The translations under genes were made by a program, and so were the position numbers. A DNA stretch of 32,000 bases from Opitutales bacterium (GTDB lineage Bacteria > Verrucomicrobiota > Verrucomicrobiia > Opitutales > UBA9783): contig JBKSMP010000026.1 in the NCBI GenBank assembly GCA_046881885.1, forward strand, positions 2,563 through 34,562. The letters are read 5' to 3'. The notes below the pieces were generated by a model, which searched no databases, had not been told where the DNA came from, and saw nothing but the letters and a program-made list of their open reading frames with translations. Positions 6,809-13,536 of the stretch are shown piece after piece; the stretch's first letter is position 1, and every line of letters begins with the position of its first letter.

Positions 6809-8152
6809 TCATTGTTTGCGCACAATCCACGCAAAAGCGTTTTTACCGGTAATAATGATGGGGGTATTGGCGTTAAGCGGTTCGTTTTCTGCGTAGGCTT
6901 CACAAATTTGTCCATTGATAATGATTTTACCGCTTGGCATGAGGGGCGTGAGCGTAGTACCTGTCCGTCCAATAAAGTTTTCAGTTAAAGTTGCTTGAGA
7001 TGTTTTGTTAATCGTTTTTAAAAGAGTAAAGCAATTTAAACCACGACGAACCAACCCTAATTTCCATGCGATTACAATAAGGATACAAGTAATGATACAG
7101 CTATACAATACTGTACTGAAAGGTTGAAGGAATAAACCCCAAGAAAGGTCAATTCCTGGCCAAAGATCGATACCACTTAGCCCAAGTCCTAAAAAGAGGC
7201 AAACAATACCAATAAAAAGTACAATTAAAGTTCCAAAAAAGAAAAGATCTCCTAAAATACAACAAATCCCAACAAATAGAAGTCCCCAAGCTTCATAGCC
7301 GCCAAATCCTGCTAGAAAATTAAGAAAAAAACTGAGACTTAAACATCCCAATCCTAATAATCCCATTAGTCCAAAGCCAGGGGTTTTAAATTCCAAGAAA
7401 AGTAGGAAAAATCCAATACCGGATAAGAGTGGTATGAGTGCTTGCATTTTTTTTGCAAATTCTTCAAAACCAGTAGGACTAAAATAAACAATTTCAGATT
7501 CTTTTGAGTCTAAAAATTGTACCAATTGGTCTTCTGTTTCAAAAGTACCTTCAGATAATAAAGGCTTTTCTTTGTGCTTTTGTTCTGCTTCTGCTGCGGT
7601 TAACGTTAATAATTCACCAGCTGGCTTGATGACCTTACCGTCCCATTTAAGAACAAAATTAATATCCATCATGGCCCGTTGGATGGACGCACGCATAGGG
7701 TCCTTTTCGGTTAATGTTCGGATTTTTGCGTTTAGATAACTATCAATTTTGGCTTGCATGTTTTTATCTAAATTTTTTCCTTCACCATCAATAACGGCAG
7801 CTGCTCCAATAATACCATTTGGCTTGAAAAAGATGCGATCGCAAGTAATTGCAATAAAAGATCCTGCAGAAATGGCTTCTTGGATATACGCAATAGTTTC
7901 TAGGTTTACTTTTTGCAACATTGCCAAAATTTCTAAGGTACTATCTACTTGGCCACCAGGTGTGTTAATCGCCAAAATAACACGATCATATTGCTCCGCT
8001 TCTGCCTTTTTGAGACCTCTACGCAAGATGCATTCTTGAACGTAATCAATAGGCCCTTCTACAGGAATGATAAGGTTTTTTCCAAAACTAAAAGAATTAA
8101 GTCCAAGACTTAAAAATGCAGCGATTTTGAGAAATAGGATGTTTTTTGACAT
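6809..8152 (-). CDS. nfeD: long-form NfeD: membrane-bound ClpP-class serine protease with C-terminal NfeD OB domain
   Basis: Signal peptide MSKNILFLKIAAFLSLGLNSFSFG, then a ClpP-like domain (INTPGGQVDS ... AISAGSFIAITCDRIFFKPNGIIGAAAV). This is followed by a block of TM helices and a C-terminal beta domain (GRTGTTLTPLMPSGKIIINGQICEAYAE). Confidence 0.75.
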   Translation of the reverse strand: MSKNILFLKIAAFLSLGLNSFSFGKNLIIPVEGPIDYVQECILRRGLKKAEAEQYDRVILAINTPGGQVDSTLEILAMLQKVNLETIAYIQEAISAGSFIAITCDRIFFKPNGIIGAAAVIDGEGKNLDKNMQAKIDSYLNAKIRTLTEKDPMRASIQRAMMDINFVLKWDGKVIKPAGELLTLTAAEAEQKHKEKPLLSEGTFETEDQLVQFLDSKESEIVYFSPTGFEEFAKKMQALIPLLSGIGFFLLFLEFKTPGFGLMGLLGLGCLSLSFFLNFLAGFGGYEAWGLLFVGICCILGDLFFFGTLIVLFIGIVCLFLGLGLSGIDLWPGIDLSWGLFLQPFSTVLYSCIITCILIVIAWKLGLVRRGLNCFTLLKTINKTSQATLTENFIGRTGTTLTPLMPSGKIIINGQICEAYAENEPLNANTPIIITGKNAFAWIVRKQ

Positions 8153-8927
8153 AAAGTTTTAAAAGTGCTCCAACTAATATTACAAAAATTGAATAAAATT
8201 GTCCACGCGAAAGATTACAGATGAGGGGAGCATCGGGCTCTCGAAATCGTTCTAAGAAACAGCGCATTATTCCATAAAAAATGAGAAAATTACAGCTTAG
8301 TTTTCCTGGTGAATGGATTACCGTTTTTTTCTTAAAAATGGAATATGTTGCTAGTATAAAAATAAGAAGGCCTTCACCCAATGCTTCATAAAGTTGAGAA
8401 GGATGCCGTGCAAACAGTTCGCCATTATATAAAATTCCCCAAGCCATTTGTGTGGGCTTTCCAATAACTTCTGCATTAATAAAATTGGCGCAACGTCCAA
8501 AGAAGATTCCAAGGCTTCCCAACCAAACGGTTAGATCTGTCAGGGAAAACAGAGCGTATTTTTGCTTTCTACTGAGCCAATAAAGTGCAAGCGTGATGCC
8601 AATAAATCCACCATGACTGGACATACCTCCATGCCAAATCGCAACGATTTCAAATAAATTTTCCCAATAATAGTCGAATTGATAAAATAGAACATACCCT
8701 AAACGGCCTCCTAGTAAAATCCCGCAAAACAAGGCAAATAAATACGTTTGTTGTTGTTCGTAGGAGAGTTTGATGAGTCCTTTGTTCCCTAATTGTTTTA
8801 GAAAAAGATAGGCTAACCAAAAGGCTAAAAAATAAGCAAATCCATACCAACGAATTCCGTCAATCGGCCAAGGTGGTGGGAACTTTATTAAAAAAGGATC
8901 TAAGTTATGCACCCAATAAGCCAACAT
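8097..8927 (-). CDS. lgt: prolipoprotein diacylglyceryl transferase
   Basis: The N-terminus (PIDGIRWYGFAYFLAFWLAY) and the motifs GGRLGYVLFY, HGGMSSHGGFIG and FGRCANFINAE are characteristic of Lgt. Confidence 0.85.
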   Translation of the reverse strand: MLAYWVHNLDPFLIKFPPPWPIDGIRWYGFAYFLAFWLAYLFLKQLGNKGLIKLSYEQQQTYLFALFCGILLGGRLGYVLFYQFDYYWENLFEIVAIWHGGMSSHGGFIGITLALYWLSRKQKYALFSLTDLTVWLGSLGIFFGRCANFINAEVIGKPTQMAWGILYNGELFARHPSQLYEALGEGLLIFILATYSIFKKKTVIHSPGKLSCNFLIFYGIMRCFLERFREPDAPLICNLSRGQFYSIFVILVGALLKLYVKKHPISQNRCIFKSWT

Positions 8928-8932
8928 AAATG

Positions 8933-9307
8933 CTAATCATTTAAGGATGGCTCTTTTGCTTTTTCAGTATAACCAGAATCTTGGCGTTGAAAATTAACAG
9001 CATTTTTGCGCATATACGTATCAAAAACTTCTTGTGCGCTCATGCCCAAGGTTTGTGCTAAACTGATTACAAAATGGATGATATCGATAAGCTCAACTTT
9101 TGCGTGTTCTAAGTCTTCTTTTTGATAATGAGCCCACCATTTCCACGGAACACAATCGACTAATTCGGAAACTTCCTGCTGTAAAGCACGCGAATATTTT
9201 AAAACCCATTCTGTCAGATTTTTTTGCATGATCTGATCAGCGTCTTGTCCCAAAATGCGCACATTTAAAGCGTGCTGCATTTTAAACATTTCTTCTAACT
9301 TATCCAT
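8933..9307 (-). CDS. all-alpha NTP pyrophosphohydrolase, dimeric-dUTPase / MazG-like
   Basis: 124-aa helical protein. MFKMQHALNVRI...LQQEVSELVDCVPWKWW...AKVELIDIIHFVISLAQTLGMSAQEVFDTYMRKNAVNFQR resembles the short dimeric dUTPase (dUTPase_2) / MazG pattern of acidic helices. Assigned by pattern only. Confidence 0.5.
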   Translation of the reverse strand: MDKLEEMFKMQHALNVRILGQDADQIMQKNLTEWVLKYSRALQQEVSELVDCVPWKWWAHYQKEDLEHAKVELIDIIHFVISLAQTLGMSAQEVFDTYMRKNAVNFQRQDSGYTEKAKEPSLND

Positions 9308-9317
9308 TTTGAAAAAC

Positions 9318-9392
9318 TGGTAGGCCGGCAGGGATTCGAACCCTGAACCAATGGCTTAAAAGGCCACTGCTCTACCGTTGAGCTACCGACCC
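9318..9392 (-). tRNA. tRNA-Lys (anticodon UUU), CCA encoded
   Basis: The reverse strand folds as a full cloverleaf: GGGTCGG TA GCTC AACGGTA GAGC A GTGGC CTTTTAA GCCAT TGGTT CAGGG TTCGAAT CCCTG CCGGCCT A CCA. Anticodon loop is CT-TTT-AA. Confidence 0.9.
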
Positions 9393-9592
9393 AATTCACT
9401 TTACTTATTCATCAGAAAATTTTTATGTCCAAAAGTCAATGCATTTTTTAGGATAAATTTCTATCTAGGAAACAATCGTTAGCGAAACAACTTAGAATAT
9501 GAATTAAGTAAGTTAATTTTGCCCTTTCTATAGAAAATCTTAAAAAAACGTTGATTTATGCGAAAAGCTATTTAATTTAATTTTTCAAAGCT

Positions 9593-10978
9593 ATGCCAGA
9601 TCTAATACAAGACCATCCGATTGCGCAAACGCTCGAGCAATATACGTTTGAGGAGCTTAATGAGCACCTTGAAACGCGTTTTGAGCATTTGGATCCGGCA
9701 AAATTAGCGCGTACTTCACCCAAAGAAATTGGTTCTTTTCTTGAGCGTTTAACGGTTGAAGAGCGGCGTTTATTTCTAAGGCGATTGTCTGAAGAAAGTG
9801 CTTCGGACATCTTGGCGGAAATGAATGCAGAAGATTCGGCGGAGGTGCTAAGTGCCATGCGAGAATTTCGTGCGGCGCGTATTATTGAACTTTTGGATGC
9901 CGATGATGCTGCGGACCTTGTTAGCGAGTTAGACGAAGAAGATAAAGTCCGTCTTTTAGCAAGAATTAATCCAGAATTGGCTTTCACGCTTCGCAAATTG
10001 CTTCGGTATGATCCGAATACCGCTGGTGGCGTTATGAATCCAGAAGTGGCTATTTTGCGTTCTAGTTGGACCTTGCAAGAAGCGCTTGAGCATGTGCGAA
10101 AAGATCGCAAAAAAGTGGAAAACTTATACGATCTTTACGTTTTAGATGAAAAAAATCGCTTATTGGGCGTTACTTCCTTAAAAAATCTTATCTTTTCAGA
10201 TCCGAAACAAACGGTTGGCGAGATTATGGATACGAATATCCAGACGATTGCTTGTTTGCCGGAGGTTGATAAAGAAACGGTTGCCAATAAAATGGCGGAA
10301 TACAATCTCTTTGATGTTCCGATCGTGGATGAAAAGAATCGTTTGTTGGGTGTTGTAACACACGATGACGTTTTGGATATTGTACAGGAAGCTGCAACGG
10401 CGGATTTGCAACAGTTGCATGGTGCGGGTGCCGACGAAAGCATTCATGATACCATTTGGTACAGTTTGAAGAAACGAAATCCTTGGTTACTGATTAATCT
10501 CATTATGGCCTTTTTTTCCGCTTATGTCATTTCGAAATTTAACCATGCGATTGAAAAAATTTGTTGGATGGCCGCATTTATGCCAGCAATTGCCAATTTA
10601 GGTGGAAATACGGGAGCACAAACCTTGGCGGTGGCGATTCGTGGATTAGCCCTTGGAGAATTTCAGAAAGGGGATGGTGTTTTCGTTTGCGGTAAGGAGC
10701 TCTTAAAGGGGTTATTAAACGGTGTTATTGTAGGTTTTTTGGGAGGATGTACCGCATTTTTCATGATGCATGATTGGAAGATGGGTCTTGTTGTGTTTTT
10801 GTCGATGGCGCTTACAATGGTACTTTCAGGGTTTACAGCAGCACTTGTACCGCTTATTTTAAAGCGTTTTAAGTTTGATCCTGCACAAAGTTCTTATATC
10901 TTTTTAACAGCAATTACAGACATTGCTGGATTTTTTATCTTTCTTAAGCTAGGAACTTGTTTTTTACTCAATGAATAA
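9593..10978 (+). CDS. mgtE: magnesium transporter MgtE
   Basis: Acidic N-domain, tandem CBS domains (LYVLDEKNRLLGVTSLKNL, VPIVDEKNRLLGVVTHDDVLDI) and a C-terminal TM domain with PAIANLGGNTGAQT and ITDIAGFFIFL. This is the classical MgtE architecture. Confidence 0.9.
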   Translation: MPDLIQDHPIAQTLEQYTFEELNEHLETRFEHLDPAKLARTSPKEIGSFLERLTVEERRLFLRRLSEESASDILAEMNAEDSAEVLSAMREFRAARIIELLDADDAADLVSELDEEDKVRLLARINPELAFTLRKLLRYDPNTAGGVMNPEVAILRSSWTLQEALEHVRKDRKKVENLYDLYVLDEKNRLLGVTSLKNLIFSDPKQTVGEIMDTNIQTIACLPEVDKETVANKMAEYNLFDVPIVDEKNRLLGVVTHDDVLDIVQEAATADLQQLHGAGADESIHDTIWYSLKKRNPWLLINLIMAFFSAYVISKFNHAIEKICWMAAFMPAIANLGGNTGAQTLAVAIRGLALGEFQKGDGVFVCGKELLKGLLNGVIVGFLGGCTAFFMMHDWKMGLVVFLSMALTMVLSGFTAALVPLILKRFKFDPAQSSYIFLTAITDIAGFFIFLKLGTCFLLNE

Positions 10979-11981
10979 GGAAAATTATCTATCCGTACAA
11001 GAGCTCAAGGCGTTGCAAGTTGGGCTTCCATTTAAAACCTTTGTTCTCGTTAAAAAAATCAATCGCAAAATCAGTAAGAACAATACTACATTTTTGCAGA
11101 TAGAAGCAGGTGACGCAAAGGACTCTTTTACATTTAATTGTTTTGATGGAACAGCACCATTTCTCTTTTTTTCAAAACCCTTGTCACGTTGTCCGCAAGT
11201 CGTTGAAATAAAAGGCCAGTCGGAGCTTTTTATGGAAAAGTTTAGTCCGAAAGTCCAAAGTGTTTTGGAAGTTAGCGATGAGCTTTATGAAGGGTTGTTG
11301 GGTGAATTATCGGAACGGCCAGATGAATCTGTAGAGAGTTTAAAAGAAGAACTAGAGCAATTAATTGGACAGATTCAGTACGAAACACTTGCAGCGACTG
11401 TTCGACAAACCCTTCAGGACTTAGGAACAGGATTTTTTGAAAGTGTTGCGGCGGTTTCCATGCATCATGCTTATGTACATGGTTTGTTAGAACATTCTGT
11501 ACATGTGGCACGCGTTGTGCAAAAATTGTTACCGCTTTATGCTGAAGTAAATGCAGATTTGGCCTTAGCTGGCGCGCTTTTGCATGATGTTGGAAAGGTT
11601 CTAGAGTATCGTTACAGTGCGACTGAAGGGATTGATAGAACGTGTGTAGGACGTTTACAAGGCCATGTTGTATTAGGGTATCGCTTGGTTCGTAGTGCAG
11701 CACTTCGACAAAAATTGCATCCGGTATGGCTGGAACGCTTAGAACATATTGTTCTTTCGCATCAAGGTGAACCTGAATGGGGGGCTGCCGTTTATCCAGC
11801 TACTCCAGAAGCCGTTTTGGTAAGCTTGGCAGACAATTTAGATGCCCGTATGGCGATGGTCCATCAACAATTGAAAAAGGCACCTCATGAGCAAGTTTTT
11901 TCAGACTTTATTGCAGGTCTCCAAAGCCGCTTATTAACACAAAACATTCCAGATCCAACCGTGGATCAAATGGGATTTTAA
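10971..11981 (+). CDS. OB-fold + HD-domain protein, YhaM-like 3'-5' exoribonuclease
   Basis: N-terminal OB-fold-like segment (FVLVKKINRKISKNNTTFLQIEAGD), then an HD domain (HHAYVHGLLEHSVHVA ... LHDVGK ... LSHQGEPEWG). Overlaps the mgtE stop by 8 nt. Confidence 0.65.
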   Translation: MNKENYLSVQELKALQVGLPFKTFVLVKKINRKISKNNTTFLQIEAGDAKDSFTFNCFDGTAPFLFFSKPLSRCPQVVEIKGQSELFMEKFSPKVQSVLEVSDELYEGLLGELSERPDESVESLKEELEQLIGQIQYETLAATVRQTLQDLGTGFFESVAAVSMHHAYVHGLLEHSVHVARVVQKLLPLYAEVNADLALAGALLHDVGKVLEYRYSATEGIDRTCVGRLQGHVVLGYRLVRSAALRQKLHPVWLERLEHIVLSHQGEPEWGAAVYPATPEAVLVSLADNLDARMAMVHQQLKKAPHEQVFSDFIAGLQSRLLTQNIPDPTVDQMGF

Positions 11982-12146
11982 TAGATTTGTTGCTACCTAA
12001 AACAGGGCAGAATCAAAACAGAAAAACAACCGCTAGAAACTAAAATAAAAAGACAGAAGTAGGAAATGCAAAGAACAAGTATTTCCCTAGGTCCAATATT
12101 AAGTTTTTAAAGATAATTGGCAAGATAAACAGAGGGAGGTTTTCTT

Positions 12147-12172
12147 AGAAAAAGACTGCAAGGCACAGTCTT
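12147..12172 (-). terminator. rho-independent-terminator-like hairpin, reverse strand
   Basis: AAGACTG (12152-12158) and CAGTCTT (12166-12172) form a perfect 7-bp stem with a 7-nt loop. On the reverse strand it is followed by TTTTCT. No annotated reverse-strand gene lies upstream of it. Confidence 0.3.
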
Positions 12173-12182
12173 GTACGAATCA

Positions 12183-12317
12183 ATGGCCGTTGGCCATTTG
12201 AAAGAAAATTTTGGGAAAAAGCCGAAAACGCTATCTGCACATCTCTTTTTGCTTTTCGTAACCTTTTACCTTTCGGGTTATTCTTCACGATTGATCCTAC
12301 AAACTCCTTATATTTAG
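12183..12317 (+). CDS. speculative 44-codon ORF encoding a small hydrophobic peptide
   Basis: Hand translation: MAVGHLKENFGKKPKTLSAHLFLLFVTFYLSGYSSRLILQTPYI, a basic N-terminus followed by one hydrophobic helix. It is below the ORF-track size cutoff and has no Shine-Dalgarno. The ATG lies inside the perfect hairpin AATGGCC-GTT-GGCCATT (12182-12198). Confidence 0.12.
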   Translation: MAVGHLKENFGKKPKTLSAHLFLLFVTFYLSGYSSRLILQTPYI

Positions 12318-12364
12318 CGCTTGATTTTTTATAAGATGATTATTATTTTTAGGTAACGTAGGGT

Positions 12365-13072
12365 ATGTTTACATGTTCGAACGAAATTATTTTTAACTTA
12401 GCCTGGAAACATAAAGCGCAACGAATTTGTCGTTTTTTATTACATGATTTAAGCAATCATTTAACAGGTAGTTTGGCTTTGAGTGAGTTGTATTGCGAGC
12501 ATCCTAATGCAGATTCTTTAAAAGATGGTATTGTTTCGATTCGTAATAATTGTTACAAAGAACGGGATTTGTTGATGCGTCTTTCGCAACTCAATCATGC
12601 AAGTTCTCACCAAATTACTTATATCGATTTAAAAGCCTTTTTAGCAGAATTATTGCCTATTGTACGTTCTTTTTTGCCCCCTCGTACAAATTTAACAATA
12701 AAAGCGGAGCAAGCTCATACGCGTGTCATTCAATTCAGTCCAGAACGTTTACAGCGCATTTTTTTGCAAATTTTATTTAATTCAGCAGAGGCTTTGCAGC
12801 AAGTTAGCGATCCAGAGGTTTGTATTGAATGTACACTGAAGGACGAACTTATGGTTTGTGAGATTTCAGATAATGGTTGCGGAATACCATTAGATGTCAT
12901 TGACAAAATTTTAGAAGCACCGAAAGCACTGAAGTTAAGCGATGAAACTCATTTAGGGATGGGGTTGGCTATGGTGCAATTTTACATATCTGTCATGCAA
13001 GGAAAAGTTGAAATTGCTTCTCAAGAAAATGGGGGTACAACAGTATTACTTTATTTTAGAACGTTATCATGA
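12365..13072 (+). CDS. minimal soluble histidine kinase (DHp + HATPase only, no sensor domain)
   Basis: H-box FLLHDLSNHLTGSLALSEL (His27, 12443-12445), N-box QILFNSAEAL, G1 DNGCGI, G2 GMGLAM. Only about 20 residues precede the H-box. Confidence 0.75.
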   Translation: MFTCSNEIIFNLAWKHKAQRICRFLLHDLSNHLTGSLALSELYCEHPNADSLKDGIVSIRNNCYKERDLLMRLSQLNHASSHQITYIDLKAFLAELLPIVRSFLPPRTNLTIKAEQAHTRVIQFSPERLQRIFLQILFNSAEALQQVSDPEVCIECTLKDELMVCEISDNGCGIPLDVIDKILEAPKALKLSDETHLGMGLAMVQFYISVMQGKVEIASQENGGTTVLLYFRTLS

Positions 13073-13536
13073 AAAAACCATACCCTATTCTTATTTTAGA
13101 CGATGATGAGGCAATTTTAAAGGCTTTGTTGGAAACGCTGAAATTAGAAGGTTACGTGTGCCAAGGAACGACACATGCAAAAGAAGCTTTAGAATTATTA
13201 CCTCAAAAAACGTTTGCGGTTGTTCTTTCAGATCAGCGTATGGCAGAACTTAATGGTACTTACTTTTTGCAGCAGGTAAAAGAAATACAGCCTAAATGTT
13301 CACGTATTTTGATTACAGGAGTCTTAACAAGTGAAATGTTTTTGGAAGCTATTAATAAAGCTGAAGTTTTTAGGTGTTTAGCTAAACCTTGGATGCGAGA
13401 ACATCTGATTCAGACCATAAAAGAAGCTTATAGTGCATTTGAGATAAAATTGGCTTATGAAGAAGCTCATCAGGCACTTTTAGAAACAAATCAACAGCTA
13501 ATAGACGAAAACATTCAATTGCGACGTCATCAATGA
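13069..13536 (+). CDS. single-domain response regulator (receiver + short coiled-coil tail)
   Basis: ILILDDDE, VVLSDQRM, ILITG and LAKPW are receiver hallmarks. There is no output domain. ATGA overlaps occur at both ends (13069-13072, 13533-13536). Confidence 0.8.
   Translation: MKKPYPILILDDDEAILKALLETLKLEGYVCQGTTHAKEALELLPQKTFAVVLSDQRMAELNGTYFLQQVKEIQPKCSRILITGVLTSEMFLEAINKAEVFRCLAKPWMREHLIQTIKEAYSAFEIKLAYEEAHQALLETNQQLIDENIQLRRHQ

Noticed and set aside
6784-6809. AT-only 8-bp hairpin (AATAAAAG / CTTTTATT) between the convergent MATE and nfeD genes
   Set aside because: It could be a bidirectional terminator, but the stem has a single G-C pair and overlaps the nfeD stop. It is too weak to call.
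9393-9592. Possible M-box (ykoK) Mg2+ riboswitch upstream of mgtE
   Set aside because: The region is very AT-rich. I could not find the GC-containing conserved helices or core expected of an M-box. Only a covariance-model search could settle it.
9577-10110. 177-aa reverse-strand ORF rich in Ser/Ala/Arg
   Set aside because: It is the antisense shadow of the acidic, GAA/GAT-rich N-terminal domain of mgtE. It would also overlap the mgtE promoter and start.
12145-12288. 47-codon reverse-strand ORF starting at GTG (MKNNPKGKRLRKAKRD...LCLAVFF) with AAGGAG upstream
   Set aside because: The AAGGAG lies 15 nt from the GTG, which is too far. The ORF reads straight through both hairpins and ends inside the terminator stem. 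It is most likely the antisense frame of AT-rich non-coding sequence.
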